Under the pieces are notes generated by a model, which was not told the DNA's origin, ran no database searches, and worked only from the letters and a program-made list of their open reading frames with translations. A stretch of DNA of 64,000 nucleotides from NCBI GenBank assembly GCA_965644315.1, contig CBFFRQ010000068.1:868001-932000 (forward strand), given 5' to 3'. The DNA is from Caecitellus pseudoparvulus (Eukaryota > Protista > Bigyra: Bicosoecida). Within the stretch, counting starts at the first letter, position 1. Each line of letters begins with the position of its first letter. Shown one piece after another: positions 45,151 to 56,267 of this stretch. The translations under genes and the position numbers were made by a program.

Positions 45151-47206
45151 TCAATCCGAGTCCCAGTCTGAGTCAGAGTCAGAGCTGTCTTCGGCGTCAC
45201 GCTCCTGAGCCTCTTGGAATCCGCGGAACTTGCTGGCGTTGAAGGGGCCAATGGCAGCCACTGCCGGCGCGGGTGCTGGTGCGCCGGCTGCCTTGCGTTT
45301 AGCGGGGCCGCTGTCTGCGTCATCGGTGGCGCCACTCACAGCAGCCTTGGGCTTGCGCACAACCTTGGGCCCCGTGTCTACGCGCTTGCGAGACACGATG
45401 GCTTGGCTTGCCCGCCGGGCCCGCTCACCAGCCGCAGTGGGGACATCTTCGTCCTCGCCCTCCACCCTGGCGCGACGGCGGCGGAACTTCTCCTGGATCT
45501 CATCCTGCATGATCTCCGCGGCAGATTTCGGGCGTTCCTTCTTCGCCACAGGCTTGGCCTTGCGGAGGTTCCCCGCTTTGGACGCCAGCTCAGCAAACAT
45601 GCCGCCGGCAGGCGCGGGTGCTGGCGCGCCAGGTTGCGGCTTCTCTTCCAGAGCAGGAGCCTTCTTCAGTTTCTTGCCTCGTTGGATCTCAGCCAGGAGT
45701 CCACCACCGCCGCCGGATGGTGCTGGGGCTGGGTCGCTGTCCTCTGGTGCAGGTGCTGGGGCAGGTGCGGCAGGTGGGGGCTTGACAGGCTCTTGTGCGG
45801 GAGCTGGTGCTGGTGCTGGTGCTGGTGCTGGTGCCGGCGCTGGTGCTGGTGCTGGTGCTGGTGCTGGTGCTGGGGCTGGCGCTGGCGCTGGTGCTGGCGC
45901 TGGTGCTGGTGCTGCGGGGGCTGGCACAACGCTGGTAGAGCCAGTTGCGGACGGCGGTGGAGCAGTTGAGGGCGCAGGAGGCGGAGCAGGTGGTGGTGCA
46001 GAGCCGGAAACAGTGGGAGGAGGTGGTGCTGATGTTGAGAAGCTGCCGGATCCGTCTGTGAGAGCAGGCAAAGCAGGGAGGGCTGCCCGAAACTCTGCTG
46101 GCACGAGAGTGCGAAGCATCTCCTGGTCATCTGCCCCCGCACCTTCCCAGGCGATCTCCGCTACGTCAGGCAGCGCAGCAGCAAGGTCTGGAGCAAGCTC
46201 GATGTCCACTGCCTCCTGCAGCTTGGGCTGGTAGCCGTTGTCTTGGGCGCGCACGCTGGGCAGGGCTGAGCTGCCCAACGTAGTGGGGGCATCGGCCAAG
46301 CCCTCTGCTTTGCTTTCGGTGCGTTCGCGGGTGCCTTCCGCTGCTTGCAAGTTGTCCAGGGAGCGGTAGTCCTTGTATGGGTTCTCGCGGGAGTTGAACA
46401 AGAGCATGGAGGACACAGACGTGAGGGAGGAAGGGAGCGGGCCCAGGCCTTGGGTGGCCGCGCTGTCCTCGTCGAACCGCACAGAAGCGCGCAAGTGCAG
46501 GGAGCTCAGCAAGTCGAAGTTGGAAGCCCGTTGCTCGGCGTTGAAGGCGGCAGATGCCTCGCTCTGCGATACAAGCACGTGAGGGAAGGGGGTGAGCTCT
46601 GCGCCAGGGCAGGCTGAAGGCAGGCTACCCACAGCAATGATGTGTCGCCGCATGTCCGGCGTCAAGTCCACCGCGGCATCGATGTACTCCATAGACTCGT
46701 ACATGGAGTCGAAACGCGGCATAGCTGCGGGAGTTGCCGCAGGCAAGGCGTGGTGCAGATGTGGTGCAGTGCAGTGAAACGCGCTTGGCACGCCGCACCT
46801 TCTTCAATGGGGTACTTCGTGGAGGAAATGACCTGCACCGCCTGCTTCGTCCCCTTCAACTGCTTCACTTTGGCTTGGCAGTTGGCCACCTTGTGTCGCA
46901 GCTGCTGCACTCGGACGTGCTCTTTGTCGACCTGTGCAGTGGCTGGCGCAGTTCATGACTGTCTCACGGGCTTCCCCTGCCACACCACGCACCCGCGCCT
47001 CCACCTTGTCAAATACGTTTGTGGCCAGGCGGTGCAGCTGCTTCAGAGCATCCACCAGCACAGCCACTGACTGCTTGTCCTCGCTGTCCTGAGCCGTCAC
47101 TGCGCAGTGGTCATTGGTTGCAAGGTGCGGCACAGAAGCATCAGTGCCTTACGCGCCCAGCGTGCTGACCTGGTTGGAAGAAAACCTGGGACGTCTTCAA
47201 AGACAT
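45151..47206 (-). CDS. WASHC1: WASH complex subunit 1 (Arp2/3 activator), ~618 aa. Exons 47206-47153, 47088-46993, 46931-46799, 46724-45151
   Basis: WAHD motifs QAKVKQLKGTKQAVQVISSTKYP and SSMLLFNSRENPYKDYRSLDNL, a Pro-rich region, WH2 (LLAEIQRGKKLKKA), a central helix (IMQDEIQEKFRRRR) and an acidic Trp tail DSDSDWDSD*. The first exon is less certain. Confidence 0.88.
45796..45925 (-). repeat. Coding hexamer repeat (GCTGGT)n encoding (Pro-Ala)n in WASH1
   Basis: Visible tandem GCTGGT/GCTGGC array of about 18 copies. Confidence 0.9.
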
Positions 47207-47710
47207 GGCTGCCTGCTCTTCCTTTCCTTGTCCCTGGCAGCTGCGGTGAGCTGGGCTGCCCTGCAGGCAAGAGTCGCGCCGCCAAGAAGGCGTGTCAGGC
47301 GCACAACAGCTGCTATGCTATGCTGCGCTGCGCTCGAGTCCATATTCACTGGCGCCGAGCACCGCAGGTTGTTTGGTGGTGGTGTTGTGAGGGGCATCGT
47401 GTTCGGGCCCAGGCTGCGCGGGAGTGCGTCTGGGGGGGGGCTGCTCTGCAATGCGCCCAGCGCCACTGTGCCGCCGCTGGGCGAAGCAGTGCAGCGTGCG
47501 AAGCAGTGGGACCGTGGCGCCTGGGCAGACGAGCCAAAACATGAACCAGCACGCCGACACCCACGATTGAGTATTACAGTACTTGAGCGAGGCTGCGCAC
47601 GCGGCTCAGGCGTGAAAAGGCAGTGAAGTTTGGCCGCTGTGAGCAGCTCTTCCAACCGGAGCAGCGGTGAGAGCGAGGAGTTACACCAAGCAGCACCCTT
47701 CCCCCAGGAC

Positions 47711-50700
47711 ATGTCCAAGGTCCAAGAGCACACGGGCAGTCTATCAACCGAAACAAGCACTGTTGCAGGAGGTGTGCTTGATACACTTGTGACACCGGCG
47801 TCTACAGCTACTCTGGCCGCAGAGGAGTTGGCGTGCCTTCCCCTGCCCCATTCGACCTCGCTGCAGCACACGACGAGCTTCAGCCACACCAGTGGACCAG
47901 GACTGAAAGCCACTTCATCACAGAGGTCGCACTCGCTGCGAAAGGCAGGAGCCAGCGACGAGGTCAAGATGCAGCGCTCTCAAGGTGGCCGTGGCGTGGC
48001 GACAGAAGCTGCCCAGCATCAGGCCGCCCACGCAGACCACCACAAGCACCCTGCAGCTGTACAGCCTGCCAAAGGGAGCTCGGTATATGTGGATGACTCC
48101 ATTCCCTCAGCAGATGGAGTGGCGGCGCCGGTGCCGTCTCCTCCGGGCTCTGGTCCCCAAGACGTTTCTGGCTCTGGGCATCGCATAGCGACCAGCACCG
48201 AGGTAGGGCGGCTGTCCTCGCAGGCCTCCTCCACAGGCTCCTTGCTGCGGGCGGGCTCGAGCAGTGGGCGCAAGTCCAGTGCGGTTCCTGACTTTCCCAT
48301 GTCCAGCGCCAAGGCCCTGCTGTTCATGGCGTCGGCGCTGACCGACTACGAGCAGGGAGAGATTCTGAACTACAAAGTGGTGTACTTCCTTGGCAAGCCA
48401 GGCACGGCCAAGATCAAAGGCAGTGTGCGATCCCCCCACAACCATGGCTACGATGATGAAAACGGGGAGTACCGCGTCGTCATCGGCGATCACATCGCTT
48501 TCCGGTACGAAGTGCTCTCCAAGCTGGGCGCTGGCTCCTTCGGCCAGGTGCTCAAGTGCCGGGACCACAAGACGGGCGCTGATGTCGCGTTGAAGCTTGT
48601 GCGGAACAAAAAGCGCTTCCATAAGCAGGCACAGGTGGAGGTGGACTTGCTGGTGAAGATCCGGGACGCCGACGCGCCTGACCGTTCCCGCATCATCCAC
48701 GTGCAGAACACTTTCTCCTTCCGGCAGCACTTGGCCATCTCCTTCCCCATCATGGCTGTGAACCTGTACGAGGCGACAAAGTTGAACAAGTTCCAAGGCT
48801 TTCCGCTGGCTCTCATCCGGAAGATCGCTGTGCAGCTCCTGGCCGCGCTGCGCTTCCTGCGGCGCCTGCAAGTCGTGCACTGCGACCTCAAGCCAGAGAA
48901 CATCCTGCTGGAACGGCCAGGCCACTCGGCAGTCCGAGTCATTGATCTGGGCTCGGGCTGCTACCAGGACAAGCGCGTGTACACGTACATCCAGTCGCGT
49001 TTCTACCGAGCACCTGAAGTCATTCTGGGCCGCGCGTATGGCCACCCCATCGACATGTGGTCCTTCGCCTGCATCCTCTCCGAGCTGTACACAGGCTGGC
49101 CCCTCTTCCCAGGCACAAACGAGCACGAGCAGTTGCTGTGCATCATGGAAGTGTTTGGCCCACCCCCCGCCGCAGTGCGGGAGGGCGCCAAGCGGGCCGC
49201 CAAGTTCTTCGACGAGGACGGCGAGCCCATCGTAGTGCCGTTCAAGGGCCGTGTGCGCATCCCTGGCACGCGCACGCTGCAGCGGGCCATCGACCGAAAA
49301 CGAGTGTGTGATGACACCGCCTTCGTGGACTTCTTGGCTGCCTGTCTGCATTGGGAGCCTTCCAAGCGCCTCACGCCCGAGGAGGCCTTGGATCACCCCT
49401 GGATGGCGGACAGCCCGCCAGCTCTGATGCAAGCAGCTCGCAGCGCCCAGCCCATGACTGCGACTGAGTGGGCCAGGGCGCAGCTGCCGCCTATGGAGCA
49501 GGTACAATCCGAGCCTCGATGTGCCCAGAGCTCAGCTCCTGAGGAGGCGGCAGGCGGCAGTCCTGCGCCTGCTCTTGACTCGGTGCAGGCCATTGTGGAG
49601 GCAGCACACGAAGAAGAGACGCAAGGCAAGCCGGAGTCCCCCCAGCCCCCCGCAGCCTCCGGCGCTGGTGCACTCAGTCATGCCGCCTCCCACGTGCACC
49701 TGCCCACAGTGCCGACGCTGCCACCCGCTAAAGTGCAGACCGTCGCCGAAGACGCAGCACAGGGCGGCAGCTCTCGCCCTGGACAGGGGCCTGGTCGGAC
49801 GCTGGGCGTGTCAGCCAGCACCTCTGTCCTGCCTTCAGGCCACTCGTTGACTGGCCGCAGTGCCGGAAGACCAGGCCTCCGGGCTGTGGAAGAGGGTGGG
49901 GCCAAGGCGCGGGGTGGCGCCGTGGGTGCTGCGCAGGCAGCGGCAGGCTCCTCCCTGCCCCTGTCCCACCCTGCTGCCACGGCAGACAGGACGCAGCACC
50001 GGGAGGGCGCCACTGCCTCGGAGCATGGCATCAGCCCCGCCGAGGTGCTGGCCAGCCCGCCCTGCGTCTCAGAGGTGTCCCCGGACGACGTGTCCCCCAT
50101 GCCCCTGCAGCCACCCCGCAGTGCCACCGCTTCGTCCTCCGACTCGTCTGTGCGGGAAGACACCGCCGCGCATGTGCCGGATGTGGAGCCAGAGGATGTC
50201 GCGCCAGCCCCCAGCCCGCCTGCCACGGAGGTGCAGGAGGACAGCAAGGCGACTAGCAAGTCTGCTCGCCCTGCTGCACGCTCTTCCAGTGACGATCAGG
50301 AGCCCGCCAGGCAGCACACGGGCTCGTGGCACACACCTGCGCAGCCCATCGGAGGTGGAGGTGTCGGCCAGGCGACCCGCCTACGGCCCCTGGCCGCTGC
50401 TGGGCACACCCTTGTTGGATCCACACCAGCCTTGGGTGGGGCGGCCGTCAGCTCTGCCAGCCTCGCGTCGCCTGAGCCGGCCAAGCGTGCTGGGGCGGTT
50501 CCTGCCCTGAACCTGGGAGCGCTGCAGGCCCAGCAGGCAGGCCAAGGTGCCCACGTGTCCATGTACGCCAGCACGCCGGCACACCTCTCTGCCGTCGCAG
50601 CACACCGTAGGCGCCGCGCCCCGCCCATGCGCGCAGCATCCCTTGGCCGCATGCCCGTGGGGCCTGCCGCGTCGGGACTGGCGAGTTTGTCAGCCGTCGG

Positions 50701-51304
50701 CTCCCACATCCAGGAGGGCGGCGAGGGTGCAGCCGTGTACGGCACCATGGGCCGCAGGCGCCCCACTGCGCTGCAGCACGGACTGGCGCCCATGGCGGCC
50801 GGGTCATCCCCGTCGCATGCAGCGCTGGGCTCCAGCCCTTCCGCGCATGGGCTGCCAGCTTCTGCCGCCGTCACTCCTGTGAGCACAGCCAGGCGCCGGC
50901 CTGATCGCCCCACACCCAGGGCTGCAGTTCTGGGGCGGTCTGGGCCCACAGGGCATTCGAGCTTCAACCACGCTCCCTCCACGGCAGTGTCGCCCGCTCG
51001 GGGGCACCTTCGCTCGCTTCACCGTGGGGGCGTGTCCACTGGACGTGCCCAAGGCGGTTCCTTGACGTACTCGACCTCACCCTCCTCTGGCAGCCGCGCT
51101 GCCGTCACTGCTCGCACGCGAGGGCGTTCCCGGGGGCGCCTGGCGTCGCTGGATGCCTCGCGCACAACATCCAAGGAGGGCACAGGGCTGTCCACGTCAG
51201 CCATCGCAGCCGCGGCCATGGGCGGGCAGGGCTCTGCTGTGGCGGTTGGCAACGTGCGCAGGGTGCGCTCTCTTGGTCGCCAGCGGCGCAAGGCGCGCAG
51301 GTGA
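47711..51304 (+). CDS. Class-2 DYRK dual-specificity kinase with long low-complexity N- and C-terminal arms
   Basis: DH box NHGYDDENGEY, LGAGSFGQV, VALK, HCDLKPEN, activation loop VYTYIQSRFYRAPE and IDMWS. The first in-frame ATG is 47711 (the ORF opens at 47630), so the start is uncertain. Confidence 0.9.
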   Translation: MSKVQEHTGSLSTETSTVAGGVLDTLVTPASTATLAAEELACLPLPHSTSLQHTTSFSHTSGPGLKATSSQRSHSLRKAGASDEVKMQRSQGGRGVATEAAQHQAAHADHHKHPAAVQPAKGSSVYVDDSIPSADGVAAPVPSPPGSGPQDVSGSGHRIATSTEVGRLSSQASSTGSLLRAGSSSGRKSSAVPDFPMSSAKALLFMASALTDYEQGEILNYKVVYFLGKPGTAKIKGSVRSPHNHGYDDENGEYRVVIGDHIAFRYEVLSKLGAGSFGQVLKCRDHKTGADVALKLVRNKKRFHKQAQVEVDLLVKIRDADAPDRSRIIHVQNTFSFRQHLAISFPIMAVNLYEATKLNKFQGFPLALIRKIAVQLLAALRFLRRLQVVHCDLKPENILLERPGHSAVRVIDLGSGCYQDKRVYTYIQSRFYRAPEVILGRAYGHPIDMWSFACILSELYTGWPLFPGTNEHEQLLCIMEVFGPPPAAVREGAKRAAKFFDEDGEPIVVPFKGRVRIPGTRTLQRAIDRKRVCDDTAFVDFLAACLHWEPSKRLTPEEALDHPWMADSPPALMQAARSAQPMTATEWARAQLPPMEQVQSEPRCAQSSAPEEAAGGSPAPALDSVQAIVEAAHEEETQGKPESPQPPAASGAGALSHAASHVHLPTVPTLPPAKVQTVAEDAAQGGSSRPGQGPGRTLGVSASTSVLPSGHSLTGRSAGRPGLRAVEEGGAKARGGAVGAAQAAAGSSLPLSHPAATADRTQHREGATASEHGISPAEVLASPPCVSEVSPDDVSPMPLQPPRSATASSSDSSVREDTAAHVPDVEPEDVAPAPSPPATEVQEDSKATSKSARPAARSSSDDQEPARQHTGSWHTPAQPIGGGGVGQATRLRPLAAAGHTLVGSTPALGGAAVSSASLASPEPAKRAGAVPALNLGALQAQQAGQGAHVSMYASTPAHLSAVAAHRRRRAPPMRAASLGRMPVGPAASGLASLSAVGSHIQEGGEGAAVYGTMGRRRPTALQHGLAPMAAGSSPSHAALGSSPSAHGLPASAAVTPVSTARRRPDRPTPRAAVLGRSGPTGHSSFNHAPSTAVSPARGHLRSLHRGGVSTGRAQGGSLTYSTSPSSGSRAAVTARTRGRSRGRLASLDASRTTSKEGTGLSTSAIAAAAMGGQGSAVAVGNVRRVRSLGRQRRKARR

Positions 51305-51329
51305 CGTGCCACAATGCATTAGATTGTGC

Positions 51330-54300
51330 CTAGAAGGCACTCATGTCGGCGCTGCCCCACTGGTCGTCGCCCGGTTCAGCGGAGGCAGAGGCAGCTGCAA
51401 ACACTGCCCAGTCATCCTCGCCACTGGCAGTCGGGCTGGGGCTGCCCTCCGAGCCACCCGACAGGGACGCCTCAAGCCGTGGAGCTGGCGTGCTGGCAGG
51501 CGCAGGTGCGGTGCGGCTGCTGCGCTGCGCAGGACCGCCTTGGCTGTCGAGCAAGGCAGGCACGTGCCCTCCGGACGCGCCCCCCACGCCCCGCCCAACT
51601 GCCTGAAGGCGAACGAAGGCGTCCTTGGCGCTGGACTGGGCTACAGTTGCCGCTGGCTCGCGATGCAGCACGGAGAGCACGTGGCTGGGTGTGGAGGCGA
51701 TGGAACGCTGCATGGCAGGAACCTGCGCCGAGTGCCGCCACCCGGTGGGGGTGATGGCCGCATGCAGCTTGGCAAATGCAGACGAGGGCTGTGGGACTTG
51801 TCCGGAGGGCGCTGCATGTGTCGATGTCGCGGGGGGGATGGGCAGCACCTGCCACATGCCTAGGGGCAGCTTCTCCACCTGCTTCGCAGGCACACTGTCC
51901 GCTCGCCGCAGCGCAAAGGCGGCGTCCCACCCGGCACCAGGGCGAGCCCCCCGAGGCTCCTGCAGTAGTGGCAGTGGTGCCGGGCTGTACGCCGCGGCCA
52001 AGCTGCACCATCCACGGGGCAGGCAAGGGGGCGGGCTGCGCTCTGGTGCTCCGCTCACCGCAGGCAGGCAAGTGGGCCCTGGCAGCAGCGGGTGCAGTGC
52101 CTGAGCTGTCACTCTGGCCCGGTACCATGCGGCACCTCCCTGGCCCAGCCGCAAGATGGCCTGCACCTGGCGGCGCACCAGGCGCTGTCCCTGCACCGGG
52201 GACAGGCGGGCGAGGTCACTGCGGCTCCACGGCAAGCTGCCAAGGCCGTCCGCCCCGCCCACACCCATGGCATGCTGCACGTTCAGCGCAGCTGCTTCAA
52301 GTCGAGCATGCGGGTCATCCTGCGCTGTGCTGTGCGCCAGCTTGGCCAAGCTGTCTGGCATGGCGCCCGCCCGATCCCGCCGCACGTCCCCTCCTGCGAA
52401 AGCAGGCTCGCCGCCCCAAGCAGCCCGAGGCGCTGACCCGAACCCCCGTAGCAAGACCCCTGGACCGCCACCCAGACTGTCCGGCGAACCCCAAAATTCC
52501 TGCTTCATGGCCATGAGCTCGGGTGGAATCTTGGTTGTCAGGCTGCGGAAGGTGCCCGCGCGAGCGCTGGCCAGCGCAGCGAACGCTGCCACTTGGGCGG
52601 TATCTGCAGCACTGCCCAAACTGGCGACAAGGCCGGCCGCTGCGGTGACGCTGCCCAACGTGGGTGTCAGGAGGGCTGTGAGCAGGGGGGCCAGGCGGGC
52701 TGTGGCGGGGACCACGCGAGGTGACCCATGCGTCAGCATGGCCAGCCACAAGTTGGCCGCGAGCGCGGCACTGGGCCATGCCTCCAGCTTCCACTGCAGC
52801 GCTGGCAAAGGGAAGGCCACAGCACCCTTGCGCACTTCGGCTGGCGTGGGCCCCACATGCTGGCCCGAGCCTTGCAGGCCGCCGCTTGCCAGGTCACTGA
52901 CACGGTATGCGATGACGCCCAGCACCGCATCCAGTGCATGTGGGTGGTGTGACAGCGCCGCAACCAGCTGGTGCAGCTGTCGTGGGGGCAGGCTCAGGGC
53001 GCCGGCACTGCTCTGCGTCGCGCTCAACAGCACATCAACCAGCGGATGCCAGTCTTTCTCCGTCCCCGTCACCTGGCCAGGTGTTCCTGCAGACTGCGGC
53101 AGCATGTCCAGCAGATCATGTGCAGAGAGGTCACTGATGCCGGCACCCACCAACCACTCCTCGGCGGTGAAGAGGACATCTCTCAGCCCCAGCGGCTCCA
53201 GTACGCGAGTGAAGAAGGCGAGGGTTCGTACCACAGTGCACAGCAAGTCAGCACTTGTGCAGGTGGCCCCTGGGGAGCCGGCTTGCCCGAGTCCCCCAGC
53301 GGACCCGCTGGACACCGCCATGCAGCTGAGGCCCAGCAGCATGTCCCGCATGGCGCTGCGCCGGTCAGAGACCAGCTGCTGGGCCAAAGCTGCCTGGCCC
53401 CTGCGCCGAATGTCACCGAAGGTGCAGGCCGGCACATCACAGTCCCACCCCCCACTCTCTGGTCGCCGGGTCACACCCAGGGCCGTCAGCCACAAGGGGT
53501 CACAGATAAGCTCACGCGCTGACAGCAGCGCCGACAGGCTCACCTTCACCCCAGCATCGATCAGCATGTGCCCTGTCGCGTGGAGGCGTGCGTGGGCGGT
53601 GGGGTTGTCGATGCCCTGAGGTGCCTCACCCCTCACAGCCAGCCACATGGCCAGGGCGTGCTCTTGCAGCATCTGGGAGTGCCGAGCTTCCCGCAGCAGG
53701 GAAAGGGACACTGGATCCCCAATACCGTCCACAAAGGCTTCCTTGTCCCACTCCAGGACGGATACTGCGCCGCCACCCCTGCTGCCGCTGCCGCTGCGCT
53801 GGGTGGGGGCTGGGACCACCTTCACGTGGCTATGGCTGGACGACAGCAGTAATGCCAAGAAAGCAGTCACTGCCGCGTGCACAGCCAGTGCCAGGCCAGC
53901 ATCATGCCGGGAGAACGCCTCGTCCAGCTCACGGCCCAGGCGCTCCCCCGGCGTCTCGCCCCCAGCTGTCTGCAGGGCTGGGTGCATCCCCCACTGTGCC
54001 GATGGGGGCAGAGTCTTGGCGCCTCCCCAGGCCGAGCGCACCTCCCTGCCTACAGCCTGCCCGAGGGAGGAGGAGGCGATGGTGTGCTTCAGCCGGCGCC
54101 CAAACGCCATGAGAGAGGCACCTGTGTCGTAGTCCGCAGCCGATGCGGCCCCTGCTGAGCGCCCTGAACCATGCCCTGCTTCGTCGCTGACCCCTGCACT
54201 GCCAGATGTTGAGGCTGTTCCCCGCGCTCCGCGCAGTGCGGCCTGCACTGCGGGAGACACTAGCGGTGTCAAGGCAGCCAGAGTGGGGGGGTGCCGCCCT

Positions 54301-55864
54301 ACGCCCAGCGGGCTGCACGGACTCCATACGTGCCCTAGTGAGCTAGCGTCCACCGGCTCCTCTCCGGCGTCTGCAGCAGGGCCGGCGGACTTGGTTGGCG
54401 CGCCTGTGCCAAGGCCGAGCAAGTCGGAGTCGGCCCCACCAGCGACGGATGGCAGTGTGGCCGCTGCTGCGGCCTGGGCCCCACTGGGACTCACCGCAAA
54501 CATCATGTGCGCCAGGTGCTGGTGGGCCTGAGCGGCACTGCTGTGCTTCAGCGCACGCTGAGTCGTACCTGCTCCCGACGCCAGCAGGCCCACACCAGCC
54601 ACCGCTGCTGCAATGGCAGCATCCCATTGCCTGCGCAGCGTGAACAGTGCTGCCTGGTGAGGGCCTGTAGGCAGTGCCTTCAGCTGAACCTGCGATGACA
54701 TGGCGGGTGGGCTGTCGGGGGACGCCCGGACTGGCAGGGCTGAAGCGAGGGAGCTGGCAAGCTGCCTGGCGCCTGCGTCCCCTGCATGGGCAGCTGCAAA
54801 GCGCTTGGCCGCCGAGAAGAGGTGAGAGCTTGCCCCTAGCACCTGCTTGGCGCTTTGTGGGATGTGGCACTCCACGTGGCGCACTGTGGGGGAGGCGAGG
54901 TCTAGGAGGGGGGGTGCCCCGCCCCCCAATGCGAGGACGCCTGAGTCAAGGTCCACACACAGCACGGGGCCGATGCCAGAGGGACCAAACTGAGCTGCAA
55001 TGGCAGCCACTGCCGTCGGTGTCACGCCCAGGATGTACGGCTGGGGCGCTGTGATGTGAGCTGCCATGCTAGGGGGCAGGCTTGGCACCACCATGTGACG
55101 CCAAGTCAGCGGCCGCAGGAGGGCTAGCACACCCAGGACGCAAGAGGAAGCAGTGGACGGACGGGTGGAGATGAGCAGCATGCGGCGCTCGCACAGCGCC
55201 GCTGTCAGCAGCATACACAGACCGCGAGCATCGAGGCAGGCAAGCAACGGGGCAAGAGAAGCCTGCGCACGCGGAAGCACTTCGTGTGCACGGGTGTATG
55301 GCGCAGGGCATCAGGCGTGGGGCTGTGCAGCCTACCGTTGAGCCGGGATGAAGTGCTGAGGAGGAGCTGGGCGTGCCCTGGATCGGGGTGCAGCCCAGCG
55401 CAGCGTGGCGCAGGCGAGGCTGGCCAGGCGGCAGAGAACCAGACTGTGCCGAGACAGCGCACGTCAAGGCAAAGTGGGCGAGCCTGGCCTGAACGGGGAG
55501 CGAGACATGCCAGAGAGGGGCGATGGCCTGCACTGTGTACAGGACATATGCCTCAGAAAACCTGCACAGTGGGGGTCGAGGGGTGGGCTAGGTGACGACT
55601 GGACATGAAACGGCAGCTCGAAACGCACGCTTTGGCCTGCAGCGCCACGACTATGCGGCGGCAGTGGGACAAGGCAACGCTGGCTAGCATGATACGGCCA
55701 CCAGATGCAGTGGTCAGGGTGTTGAAGACTGTCTCTTGCTCGCTAGCATCCACGCAGGCCAGCTGCAGCGCTCGGCGCCGAAGGTCTTGGGACAGATGCT
55801 GCACCTCGTACACGGCGCTGGCCCCTGGCGCCCACCGCACAAGCATCACCCCCCAGGCGTCCAT
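51330..55864 (-). CDS. DENN-domain Rab GEF-like protein with a probable ENTH-like domain (5' exon structure unresolved)
   Basis: cDENN motif LLTAALCERRMLLIS..LLRPLTWRHMVVPSLP..APQPYILGV, dDENN-like WDKEAFV..HSQMLQ, and an upstream uDENN-like exon from ATG 55864 (TVFNTLTTASGGRI). The introns between ~55260 and 55630 are not fully resolved. Confidence 0.78.
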
Positions 55865-56267
55865 GGTGTGCACAGCCCGGCTCTTTCGGTCAATTTCACA
55901 GTTGCCGGGCCGCAAGCCCTGTGGATCGCCAAAGCTGCTCAGCAGGGCGGTGGACTTGCACAGGCTCGCTCCAGCAAACCAGTGCCTGAGTTTGACAGAC
56001 CTCGTCTGCAACTGATTGAGATCCTTGAGAAATGAAAAAATCTCAGGAGGTGCGAGTCTCTGATGGCTGGGTATGCAAGTTTGTTTTATTGGTATGCGTT
56101 GTCTACAGGTAGAAGGAGACCTGTCTCCACTCCTCAACTACTCTTCCCCGGACCTACACACGCACCCCTTTACCTCATACTCTTCCTGCCAAGGAAAAAA
56201 CACCCGCCAGAGGAAGGGGGGAAAAGCTTGTCCAAGACCCTGTTTGAGTGTTGTCTCCAGTGCCACG

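Noticed and set aside
45214-46234. (WC)n, (GA)n and (QH)n repeat ORFs
   Set aside because: Alternative-frame readings of the (Pro-Ala)n repeat of WASH1.
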